Shown here piece by piece: positions 41,168 to 50,007 of a stretch of 64,000 nt of DNA. The translations under genes and the position numbers were made by a program. Every line of letters starts with the position of its first letter. Within the stretch, counting starts at the first letter, position 1. The DNA is from an uncultured Muribaculaceae bacterium. Lineage in GTDB: Bacteria > Bacteroidota > Bacteroidia > Bacteroidales > UBA932. The notes beneath the pieces were generated by a model that was not told where the DNA came from, did no database searches, and saw nothing but the letters and a program-made list of their open reading frames with translations. Location of the stretch: assembly GCA_964642235.1 (NCBI GenBank), contig CAZXOP010000001.1:17497-81496 (forward strand). Reading direction: 5' to 3'.

Positions 41168-41692
41168 TTATTCTTTTTCTGATAATGTCTTTACAAGGCC
41201 TGCAATTTTACCCCCTCCGGATGATTGGAGTGCTGAGATAACATTTCTTGCAGGAGACTGTAATAGACCGATAATATCGCCGATAAGCTCGTCATGAGAC
41301 TTAATGAAGATAAGTGATTCAAGCTGGTTCTCACCAACATAAGCACAATCTTGAACTAACGCACTTTTCAGCACAGGCCTACCTAGTTTAGCTCCAAACT
41401 CTTTTATAAGTTTAGCAGGAGCATTAGGAACTGTGGTAAACATAATTGCTGAAGAGCCTTTTAACGTAGGGATAATATTGACTGCCTCTTTAGAAGTACT
41501 CTGTTCAAGTACCTTTGTGAAGAGGGTATTTTTTACAACGATTAGTTTAATCTCTTTCTCAAAACACTCACGGCGAAGAGCTGCTGTTTTTTCAGCATTC
41601 AAGCCGGAGATGTCAGTGACATAGAAATTAGGGGTCTGAGCCAGTATGGCTGCCAGATTTTCAATAATTTGTCCTTTTTCCTCTTTTCTCAT
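41168..41692 (-). CDS. rplJ: 50S ribosomal protein L10
   Basis: 174 aa in the position between rplA and rplL, with typical L10 sequence. Confidence 0.95.
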   Translation of the reverse strand: MRKEEKGQIIENLAAILAQTPNFYVTDISGLNAEKTAALRRECFEKEIKLIVVKNTLFTKVLEQSTSKEAVNIIPTLKGSSAIMFTTVPNAPAKLIKEFGAKLGRPVLKSALVQDCAYVGENQLESLIFIKSHDELIGDIIGLLQSPARNVISALQSSGGGKIAGLVKTLSEKE

Positions 41693-41704
41693 AATGTAAA
41701 TTAT

Positions 41705-42406
41705 TTATTCGGCAACACTAAAAGTTTTACTGTCAATATTGATACCCGGACTCATAGTAGAGGAGATATATATACTTTTTATATATGTCCCTTTTAATGA
41801 CTGAGGTTTCAGTTTTACTATCGTATTGAGTAATTCAATAGCATTTTCAGCCAACATCTGGGCGTTAAAGGAGACTTTCCCAACTGTTGAGTGAATAATA
41901 CCGGTTTTATCAACCTTAAAATCAATCTTACCTGCTTTTACCTCTTTAACAGCCTTACCTATCTCCATAGTAACAGTACCTGTTTTAGGATTAGGCATAA
42001 GACCTCTTGGACCAAGGATACGTCCGATAGGACCGATTTTTGCCATAACTGAAGGGGTGCAGACAATTACATCAATGTCTGTCCATCCTCCCTTGATTTT
42101 CTCAATAAAATCATCTAACCCTACAAAGTCAGCGCCTGCTTCACGAGCTTCAGCCTCTTTATCGGGTGTACATAGAGCCAATACGCGGGTCTGTTTTCCT
42201 GTACCGTGGGGAAGAGTCACAACGCCACGAACCATTTGATTAGCTTTTCGAGGGTCAACTCCAAGTCTTACAGCTATATCAACTGATGCATCAAATTTAG
42301 TAAAAGTAATCTCTTTCACTAAGTTACAAGCATCACTTAATTTATACTGTTTGGTAAAGTCAACCTTTGCTTCAGCTATTTTTTGATTTTTTGTCAATTT
42401 ACTCAT
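41705..42406 (-). CDS. rplA: 50S ribosomal protein L1
   Basis: 233 aa with conserved L1 blocks ([28 protein letters not shown]). Confidence 0.98.
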   Translation of the reverse strand: MSKLTKNQKIAEAKVDFTKQYKLSDACNLVKEITFTKFDASVDIAVRLGVDPRKANQMVRGVVTLPHGTGKQTRVLALCTPDKEAEAREAGADFVGLDDFIEKIKGGWTDIDVIVCTPSVMAKIGPIGRILGPRGLMPNPKTGTVTMEIGKAVKEVKAGKIDFKVDKTGIIHSTVGKVSFNAQMLAENAIELLNTIVKLKPQSLKGTYIKSIYISSTMSPGINIDSKTFSVAE

Positions 42407-42415
42407 AGCGTGTGA

Positions 42416-42862
42416 TTATTTAACATCGGCAGGGAATTCCCCGGTTACTTTTATACCCATACTTCTTGCGGTTCCTGCAACCATACTCATAGCAGATTTC
42501 AGGGTGAACGCATTCATGTCCGGCATCTTATCCTGTGCGATAGCTTTTACTTGTTCCCAAGTAACAGATCCCACTTTACTACGATTCGGTTCAGCAGAAC
42601 CTGTGGAAATTTTTGCAGCTTCTTTAAGCTGTACAGCCACAGGAGGCTGCTTAACAACGAACGTAAAAGACTTATCACTGAAAACAGTAATAATCACGGG
42701 TAATACTTTACCGGCTTTATCCTGGGTACGAGCATTAAATTGTTTGCAGAAATCCATAATATTCACACCCTTCGAACCTAATGCAGGTCCTACCGGGGGA
42801 GAAGGATTGGCAGCACCGCCTTTAATCTGCAATTTAATAAATGCTGCAATTTCTTTAGCCAT
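42416..42862 (-). CDS. rplK: 50S ribosomal protein L11
   Basis: 148 aa with the [20 protein letters not shown] signature. Confidence 0.98.
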   Translation of the reverse strand: MAKEIAAFIKLQIKGGAANPSPPVGPALGSKGVNIMDFCKQFNARTQDKAGKVLPVIITVFSDKSFTFVVKQPPVAVQLKEAAKISTGSAEPNRSKVGSVTWEQVKAIAQDKMPDMNAFTLKSAMSMVAGTARSMGIKVTGEFPADVK

Positions 42863-42876
42863 AGTTGTTAATTTGT

Positions 42877-43431
42877 TTATTCTTTAACTACTTGAACAAA
42901 ATTTAACTCTAAAAGAGTCTTTCTTCCAAATATCTTGACCATAACTTTGAGTTTTTTCTTGTCTTGAAGAATTTCCTCAATGGTACCATCAAATCCGTTG
43001 AAAGGTCCGTCTATAATTTTCACAGCTTCGCCGATGATAAAAGGAGTTACATTTTCCTCCTCCTGATCAAGCAGTTCATCAACTTTGCCGAGAATACGGT
43101 TAACTTCAGAAGTTCTAAGGGGGACAGGTTGTTTATCCTTATCCATTCTCTCCGTTAGAAAGCCTGAAACATGTGGGACATTACGGATAATATGCTGCAG
43201 TTCTCCGGTAAGATGGGCTTCAATAAGTATGTATCCGGGAAAAAATATCCTCTCCATACTTACTTTCTTTCCGTTTCTTACCTGATATATCTTTTCAGTA
43301 GGGATAAGTAACTGCGTAACGTAATCAGAGAGGTTTAACCTCTTGATTTCGTTTTCCAGATACTCTTTGGCTTTCTTCTCCTTACCGCCGGCAGCGCGGA
43401 TAACATACCATTTTTTGGTAATTTCACTCAT
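42877..43431 (-). CDS. nusG: transcription termination/antitermination factor NusG
   Basis: 184 aa with an NGN domain ([14 protein letters not shown]) and a C-terminal KOW motif, in secE-nusG-rplK synteny. Confidence 0.96.
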   Translation of the reverse strand: MSEITKKWYVIRAAGGKEKKAKEYLENEIKRLNLSDYVTQLLIPTEKIYQVRNGKKVSMERIFFPGYILIEAHLTGELQHIIRNVPHVSGFLTERMDKDKQPVPLRTSEVNRILGKVDELLDQEEENVTPFIIGEAVKIIDGPFNGFDGTIEEILQDKKKLKVMVKIFGRKTLLELNFVQVVKE

Positions 43432-43435
43432 AAAC

Positions 43436-43639
43436 TTAGTACAACAAGTTATAAATAAATGTCATCATATTCCTGAAACCCAAGTCAATAACAAAGACAA
43501 CACCAGCTAAAATCAGAGAGGCTATCATAACTACGATAGCTGAATTCTGAAGCTGTGACCATGTAGGCCAGCTCACCTTTTTTGTCAACTCGGTGTAGGA
43601 CTCTCTAAGATACAAAGTTATTTTGTTCATTTTGTTCAT
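43436..43639 (-). CDS. secE: preprotein translocase subunit SecE
   Basis: 67 aa with a single C-terminal TM helix and the KVSWPT motif. Two tandem ATG-AAC-AAA triplets (43639 or 43630) could each serve as the start. Confidence 0.9.
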   Translation of the reverse strand: MNKMNKITLYLRESYTELTKKVSWPTWSQLQNSAIVVMIASLILAGVVFVIDLGFRNMMTFIYNLLY

Positions 43640-43716
43640 TATTAATTTTGGCTTTATTGCAAATGGAAGCTTTGCATTCAGCCAGTTAAAAAACCGCAGC
43701 GTAACCAGCGGAATTT

Positions 43717-43790
43717 TGGCAGGGGCAGAGCGATTCGAACGCCCATCAACGGTTTTGGAGACCGCTATTCTACCCTTGAACTATGCCCCT
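43717..43790 (-). tRNA. tRNA-Trp (anticodon CCA)
   Basis: The minus strand reads AGGGGCATAGTTCAAGGGTAGAATAGCGGTCTCCAAAACCGTTGATGGGCGTTCGAATCGCTCTGCCCCTGCCA. It folds as a cloverleaf with a 7-bp acceptor stem, anticodon loop CTCCAAA, a GTTCGAATC T-loop and an encoded CCA. It sits in the conserved position between tuf and secE. Confidence 0.95.
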
Positions 43791-43860
43791 ATATTAGCAC
43801 AACTAATCCCATAAGCTACCTTTAGGGGAACTTATGGGCTTAGTTAGCTAAAGTATAGTA

Positions 43861-44530
43861 TTACTCAAGTAACTTAGTTACCTGTCCTGACCCAACTGTT
43901 CTACCACCTTCACGGATAGCGAAACGAAGTCCTTCGTTGATAGCTACGGGATAGATAAGGTTTACTGTAATAGAAACGTTATCACCAGGCATAACCATTT
44001 CAACTCCTGCAGGAAGTTCGATCTCCCCTGTAATATCGAGGGTACGGATAAAGAACTGAGGACGATATTTGTTATGGAAAGGAGTATGACGACCACCTTC
44101 ATCTTTCTTCAATACGTAGATAGAAGCTTGGAATGCGTGGTGAGGGGTAATGGTGTTAGGGTGAGCTATAACCTGACCTCTCTTAATCTCTTTCTTGTCA
44201 ATACCGCGAAGAAGAAGACCTACGTTATCACCAGCTTCACCTCTGTCAAGAATCTTACGGAACATCTCAACTCCTGTAACAACTGATTTTTTAGGCTCTT
44301 CACCAAGTCCAACGATCTGAACCTCATCACCGGTTTTAACAACTCCTGTCTCAATACGACCTGTAGCAACTGTACCACGACCTGTAATAGAGAAGATATC
44401 TTCAACAGGCATAAGGAAAGGTTTTTCGTTGTCACGTTTTGGAATAGGAATGTAAGTGTCAACAGCTTCCATAAGCTCCATAATTTTTTCTGTCCACTTA
44501 GGGTCTCCGTTAAGAGCACCAAGAGCAGAA
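43861..44530 (-). pseudogene. tuf: 5'-truncated elongation factor Tu (C-terminal ~223 codons, domains II-III only)
   Basis: The translation [33 protein letters not shown]...[15 protein letters not shown] is unmistakably EF-Tu, but the whole GTPase domain is missing. Identity to tuf stops at 44530, where the duplicated susC sequence begins. Confidence 0.9.
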
Positions 44531-44698
44531 ATCAGCAACTTGACCGTTAGATGTCCCTTTTATCACGATGTAAGCACCTGGTAACGGTTGTCCATCTTGG
44601 GAATCCGTTACCGTCCCTGTTACTTGGATGTTCTGTCCCCAAGATAGGGTACAAAACATTAGCATCAAGGAAGAAAGAAAAAATTTAATTTTTTTCAT
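44531..44698 (-). pseudogene. 5' fragment (56 codons) of the SusC-like gene, duplicate of 20674..20841
   Basis: It encodes [56 protein letters not shown], identical to the N-terminus of the 17611..20841 product. It then runs out of frame into tuf sequence and stops at 44510 (chimeric 62-aa ORF). Confidence 0.9.
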
Positions 44699-44965
44699 CT
44701 AATGATAATTTTTGGTTAATAAATTAGGTTAATAAAATAAGTAAAATTGGTTTGGATAGTTAGTTCTAAGTAATTCTAATGTAAAATAGTACAATGGACT
44801 ATTTCCTATAAGGAAGCAGAGAAATGCCTTACAAGAAAGAAATAAGCCGAAGTCAATAATAGACCAGAGATCGATTATAAGAATAAGTTGTATTAGGTTT
44901 CATAATAGCTAAATAATTAATTCCGTTAATTAGTCTTAGCATCATGTTTAGGTGCTTTGGCTACG

Positions 44966-44973
44966 CAAATATA
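44966..44973 (-). promoter_or_regulatory. duplicate of the candidate minus-strand susC -7 box, now facing the truncated susC/tuf junction
   Basis: caaatata at 21109..21116 plus 23,857. Confidence 0.35.
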
Positions 44974-45069
44974 GTTTTTAATTCTTTAATGTCAAATTTT
45001 TTTTATCACCCTGTTTTATTTTGGATATAGCTTCTATAGCGTTTTGGTTTGGATTATCAATATTTTGAC

Positions 45070-45077
45070 TATATTTG
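45070..45077 (+). promoter_or_regulatory. duplicate of the candidate plus-strand susC -7 box TATATTTG
   Basis: Copy of 21213..21220 at a +23,857 offset. Confidence 0.5.
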
Positions 45078-45146
45078 CACAAGGATTACGCTAAAATAGC
45101 ATTATACTTTAACATTAAACATATTACTAACCAACAAATTAATTTC

Positions 45147-48100
45147 ATGAAAAGAATCAAATTTATTTTCACGGCGTTACTGTTATTGTTTTCTTTAAAT
45201 TCTTTCGCTCAGAATGTAACTATTAAAGGAAAAGTAACGGACGCAAGCAGTGGAGAGCCAATTCCATTTGCCTCTATCCAAATTAAAGGTACTATGACCG
45301 GCACTGCCACTCATGATCTTGGGGAGTATTCTATCTCCGCTCCAACTAACGGAGTCTTAGTTTTTAGCTCTATAGGGTATAAAAACTTAGAAATACCCAT
45401 CAATGGACGTACTTCTATAAGCGCCTCATTGGAACCCGAAGCCCTTGCACTCGAAGATGTTATAGTAGTTGCATACGGCTCTGTCACTAAAAAAGATTTT
45501 ACCGGTTCTGTAGCCTCATTTGATGGTAAAAAACTCGAAAAACGTCCTTTGACTAACGTTGCTAACGCTTTGGAGGGTGTCTCCACAGGTATTCAGTTTA
45601 CTTCCGCTTCAGGTCAGCCAGGTTCTTCAGGCTCGATTCGTATTCGCGGTATCGGTTCAATTAATGCGTCAAGCGATCCATTATATATAGTGGATGGTGT
45701 TCCCTATTCAGATGGGATGTCAAACCTTAATTCCGATGACATTGAGTCTATTTCCGTTCTTAAAGATGCCTCCTCTTCTGCTCTTTATGGGAGCCGTGCA
45801 GCTAACGGAGTCGTGATTATAACCACTAAAAAAGGGCGTTCAGAGAAGATCCAGTTTGTTGCTAAAGTTAACTACGGAGTCTCTGTCAGGGGTATTCCTG
45901 AGTACGATAGAGTAAATGCTTATGATTATTACCCTCTTCTTTGGGAAGCTTATCGTAACTCTGTACTCACTACTACTACTCCGGCTATCACCCTCGATGC
46001 AGCAAATTTGAAAGCTACAAATGATATAAAAGGGTTACTTGTTAATAACCCCTTTAATGTAGCGGATAATGCGATTGTTGGTACAGACGGAAAACTAAAT
46101 CCTGCTGCTAAACTCCTTTATACTGAGGATTTAGACTGGGCTAAAGCTATAGCAAGAGTAGGTCATAAACAAGACTATTCAGTCTCTGCAAGTGGTGCCA
46201 CCAATAAAGCTGATTATTATTTTTCAATTGGCTACATGAAAGAACAAGGATATAGTATCAAGTCTGATATGAATAGGGCTACTGCTCGTATTAATATGAA
46301 CGTTCAGCCTACAAAATGGTTAAAGGCAGGTGTAAACCTCTCAGGAACCTCTTCAAAGTCTAGCATAACCAATGATGATTCTTCTACAGGTTATGTAAAT
46401 CCTTTCTTCTTCTCAAGAGATATTGGTCCTATTTACCCTATTTATCAGCATAATGCAGATGGTAGTTATCTGTTGGATGAGCAGGGTCAAAAACTATATG
46501 AGTGGGATAAGAGGGGTGCTTCAGGTTCTCCCGGAAGACACGTAATAGCTGAGACACTATGGAATGATAATATGAATAGAAGGAATGTTATCAATAGTAG
46601 AACTAATGCCGAAATTACATTTATAAAAGGATTGAAATTTAGCGTAAACTTAGGGTATGACCTAAGAAATCAGCTTGACTCCAGATATGATAATACCAAA
46701 GTGGGAGATGGTGCTCCTGCCGGTCGTTCAAATGCCACTGTCTATTTTTATGAGACTATCAACTTTAACCAGCTCCTCTCTTATCAGAATAGTATAGGTA
46801 ATCATAATTTTAATCTTCTTGCAGGTCATGAGACTTATGATAGAAGTTATGAGTATGTTTATGGTATGAAACAAGGAATTATCGCTGAAGGAAATACCAA
46901 GCTTGTTAACTTTACCACTATCAACTCATTCACCGGGTATTCGGGCAACTATAGAACAGAGGGTTATTTTGCAAGAGCTGACTATAATTATTATAACAAA
47001 TATTATGTTTCTGCCTCTTTCAGAAGGGATGGTACATCTAAATTTGCCCCCCAATCTCGTTGGGGTAATTTCTGGTCTCTCGGAGGTTCTTGGAGATTGG
47101 ATCAAGAGAATTTCCTAAAATCTTCACCGGCTATCGACTTGTTAAAACTACGTCTCTCTTATGGGCTTGTAGGTAATGACGGAACAGATTCGTGGTATCC
47201 TTGGCAGTCTGTTTATGATATTAACAGATATGGAAATGCCCCTGGATTCATTCAAAGTACTTCAGCCGGGAATGATAAACTACAGTGGGAGGTAAATAAG
47301 TCTTTCGACGTGGCAATAGATTATGGTTTCTTTAAAAATAGAATTACCGGCTCTATTGAGTTCTTCCATAGAATTTCAGACAACCTTCTCTTCTCTGTTC
47401 CACTTCCTGAGTCCTCCGGTGTGCTTGCACAATGGCAGAATGTGGGATGTATGTATAACCAGGGTATCGAGTTCCAATTGGGTGCGGATATTATAAGGAG
47501 TAGAGACTTTGTATGGAATACTCTTCTAAACGCATCTCATGTGGAAAATAAAATTACCAGACTTCCTGAAGGACAGCCTGAAATTATTTCCGGGACCAAA
47601 AAGCTATCAGTAGGTCATTCTATTTATGATTTCTGGTTATATGATTTTGCCGAAGTAAATCCTGAAACGGGTGATGCTATGTATTATAAGGATATTAAGG
47701 ATGCAGAGGGCAATGTAACCACACAAAGGGGAGATAAGACCAATGACTATGCTTTGGCAGATGAATATTATGTTGGAACTTCCATTCCTATGGTATATGG
47801 GAGCTGGAGTAATACCTTCTCTTACAAAGGTCTTGAATTATCAGTTCTTCTAACTTACCAACTTGGCGGTAAAATTTATGATAGTGCATATATAAGACTA
47901 ATGACTCCAACTTATGGTGGTTCATTACATGCTGATGCACATAAGAGATGGAAAGTCAGTGGTGATGTTACTGATGTACCAAGGCTTGATAACTCAAGAA
48001 ATGCTTACCAATATGCAGCTTCATCAAGATGGTTAACTGATGCTTCATATTTAGGGGTAAGAAATGCTACCCTCTCATATAGTTTTCCCAAGAAAGTTTG

Positions 48101-48266
48101 TGAGAAGTTAACACTTAGTGGACTATCAATTTTCGTGAATGGTGAGAATCTCTACTCTTTCACGGCAAGAAAGGGGATGAACCCTCAGTATAATTTCGCA
48201 GGGACTCAGTCCAACGTTTACGGATATGCCCGCGCTATTACTTTTGGCTTAAATGTTAAATTTTAA
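45147..48266 (+). CDS. SusC/RagA-family TonB-dependent transporter (duplicate of 21290..24409)
   Basis: Translation identical to copy 1. Confidence 0.93.
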   Translation: MKRIKFIFTALLLLFSLNSFAQNVTIKGKVTDASSGEPIPFASIQIKGTMTGTATHDLGEYSISAPTNGVLVFSSIGYKNLEIPINGRTSISASLEPEALALEDVIVVAYGSVTKKDFTGSVASFDGKKLEKRPLTNVANALEGVSTGIQFTSASGQPGSSGSIRIRGIGSINASSDPLYIVDGVPYSDGMSNLNSDDIESISVLKDASSSALYGSRAANGVVIITTKKGRSEKIQFVAKVNYGVSVRGIPEYDRVNAYDYYPLLWEAYRNSVLTTTTPAITLDAANLKATNDIKGLLVNNPFNVADNAIVGTDGKLNPAAKLLYTEDLDWAKAIARVGHKQDYSVSASGATNKADYYFSIGYMKEQGYSIKSDMNRATARINMNVQPTKWLKAGVNLSGTSSKSSITNDDSSTGYVNPFFFSRDIGPIYPIYQHNADGSYLLDEQGQKLYEWDKRGASGSPGRHVIAETLWNDNMNRRNVINSRTNAEITFIKGLKFSVNLGYDLRNQLDSRYDNTKVGDGAPAGRSNATVYFYETINFNQLLSYQNSIGNHNFNLLAGHETYDRSYEYVYGMKQGIIAEGNTKLVNFTTINSFTGYSGNYRTEGYFARADYNYYNKYYVSASFRRDGTSKFAPQSRWGNFWSLGGSWRLDQENFLKSSPAIDLLKLRLSYGLVGNDGTDSWYPWQSVYDINRYGNAPGFIQSTSAGNDKLQWEVNKSFDVAIDYGFFKNRITGSIEFFHRISDNLLFSVPLPESSGVLAQWQNVGCMYNQGIEFQLGADIIRSRDFVWNTLLNASHVENKITRLPEGQPEIISGTKKLSVGHSIYDFWLYDFAEVNPETGDAMYYKDIKDAEGNVTTQRGDKTNDYALADEYYVGTSIPMVYGSWSNTFSYKGLELSVLLTYQLGGKIYDSAYIRLMTPTYGGSLHADAHKRWKVSGDVTDVPRLDNSRNAYQYAASSRWLTDASYLGVRNATLSYSFPKKVCEKLTLSGLSIFVNGENLYSFTARKGMNPQYNFAGTQSNVYGYARAITFGLNVKF

Positions 48267-48279
48267 TTAAAAGAAGAAT

Positions 48280-49773
48280 ATGAAAAGAATATATATATTA
48301 TTAGCCCTAATGGCAATATTGGTGGGTGTTACTTCTTGTAGTAAAGACTTCTTAAATACTGCTCCAACTTCTTCTTACGATGCGGGGATGATATTTACGA
48401 CTACCGATAATGCAAAATATGCCATAAATGGGATGCATAAAGCAATGGTGGCTCAGTATAACAGCAGACAAAACCAGAGCGGTTATACAGGGATGCAAAT
48501 TTTAATGGATGTGCTTGGAGAGGACGTTGTTTTCCCTACTAGAGGGAATGGATGGTGGGTAAACGAGCTACAATGGCTTGGTCACACCGATGAAAACAAC
48601 TGGCCTACTCTTTATCCTTATAGATTCTTCTATAAGTTAATAGCTAACGCCAATATGATTCTCGATAATGTGGATAATACAGTAGGACCAGAGGGGGATA
48701 AAATAATGATTAAAGGTCAGGCTCTTGCATATCGTGGATTATCATATTTTTGGCTTGTTCAACTTTATGGAAAGAGGTATGTAGCAGGAGGAGATAACAC
48801 AAGTTTAGCTGTTCCTTTGGTTATAGATTCTAAGGAGGTTGAAAAACCTCTTGAAACTGTGGATAAAATATATGCACAAGTTATCACAGATTTGGAAACC
48901 TCTATTACCCTCTTGCAAGATCCTAAAAACACATTTAAGTCCCCAAGCAAGGCTGATTTCACAGTTCCTATCGTTCAGGGACTTAGGGCGCGTGTTGCTC
49001 TTGTAATGCAGGATTGGGTAAAGGCTGAACAATATGCTGTTGCCTCTTTGACTAAATCAACCTCCACGCTGATGAGTCAGGCTGATTATACAGCCGGTTT
49101 TAATAATGCGACAAATCCTGAGTGGATGTGGGGATTCGAAATGATCTCTGACCAGACTCTCTATTTCTATGGCTACATGGCATATATGTCTTGGAACTTT
49201 AACTCAACCAATATTCGTACATGCCCTAAATGTATTAATAGTAAATTATATGCTGAAATTTCAGGAACTGATATTCGTAAAACTCTTTGGGACCCCACAG
49301 GCAAAGCATGGACAATGCCTAGAACTACATACACCAAGAAACCTTATATGAATAGGAAGTTCCAAGTTTTGGATCCGGCGAGCTCTGTTGCAGATGCTGT
49401 TTATATGAGGAGAGCAGAAATGCTTCTTATAGCTGCTGAAGCACAGGCTATGCAGAATAAGGCCGCAGATGCACAGAATAATCTATTTACTTTGCTCAAA
49501 GCAAGAGATAATAGTTATGTTAAATCTTCTTCCACCGGAGCAACCCTTCTTAAAGAGATACATACTCAAAGAAGAATTGAACTTTGGGGGGAAGGTCATC
49601 GTTGGCTTGACCTAAAGAGATTAAACCTATCTCTTGATAGAAATGGTGCAAATCATGATGCTGCCGTCTCCTTAACAATGTCTGTTCCTGCAGGGGATGC
49701 AAGGTGGAAATTCAAGATTCCTAAGAATGAAATTGATGCTAACAAACAAATACCAAAAAACATCAATCAGTAA
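48280..49773 (+). CDS. SusD/RagB-family lipoprotein (duplicate of 24423..25916)
   Basis: Translation identical to copy 1. Confidence 0.92.
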   Translation: MKRIYILLALMAILVGVTSCSKDFLNTAPTSSYDAGMIFTTTDNAKYAINGMHKAMVAQYNSRQNQSGYTGMQILMDVLGEDVVFPTRGNGWWVNELQWLGHTDENNWPTLYPYRFFYKLIANANMILDNVDNTVGPEGDKIMIKGQALAYRGLSYFWLVQLYGKRYVAGGDNTSLAVPLVIDSKEVEKPLETVDKIYAQVITDLETSITLLQDPKNTFKSPSKADFTVPIVQGLRARVALVMQDWVKAEQYAVASLTKSTSTLMSQADYTAGFNNATNPEWMWGFEMISDQTLYFYGYMAYMSWNFNSTNIRTCPKCINSKLYAEISGTDIRKTLWDPTGKAWTMPRTTYTKKPYMNRKFQVLDPASSVADAVYMRRAEMLLIAAEAQAMQNKAADAQNNLFTLLKARDNSYVKSSSTGATLLKEIHTQRRIELWGEGHRWLDLKRLNLSLDRNGANHDAAVSLTMSVPAGDARWKFKIPKNEIDANKQIPKNINQ

Positions 49774-50007
49774 TTTATTTTATCAAAAATTATCTATTAA
49801 AAGCCGATTAATTACATTAGTCGGCTTTTTTATTTCATTTTTTTACTTATATTTGCATTTAGTTATGATGTGAAATGTTCGTAAACTAATTAAAGTTCTT
49901 TATTTTACACTATATTTTATACTATTTGTATATACTTTTGGGATATTACTATTCTATTTATATATCACTAACTAATTACTTAATTTATTAACCAAAAAAT
50001 TATTTAC

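Larger units (their letters stand above)
20674..44530. repeat. tandem duplication unit, copy 1 (23,857 bp)
   Basis: Sequence from 20674 onward recurs at a +23,857 offset. 20673 (c) and 44530 (a) differ, while 20674.. and 44531.. match. Confidence 0.95.

Noticed and set aside
43622-43639. Tandem 9-bp repeat tttgttcat x2 (encodes MNK-MNK at the secE start)
   Set aside because: It is a tiny in-frame duplication at the N-terminus of SecE. It only creates start-codon ambiguity and is not a repeat array or regulatory element.
44220-44522. 100-aa alternative-frame ORF inside the tuf fragment
   Set aside because: It is out of frame with the unmistakable EF-Tu reading frame, so it is a shadow ORF.
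20674-44530. The duplicated block as a mobile element, integrative element or genomic island
   Set aside because: There is no integrase, transposase, relaxase or IS-like ORF anywhere in the unit, and no terminal inverted or direct repeats at the edges. The breakpoints lie inside susC and tuf coding sequence, and the cargo is core housekeeping genes.
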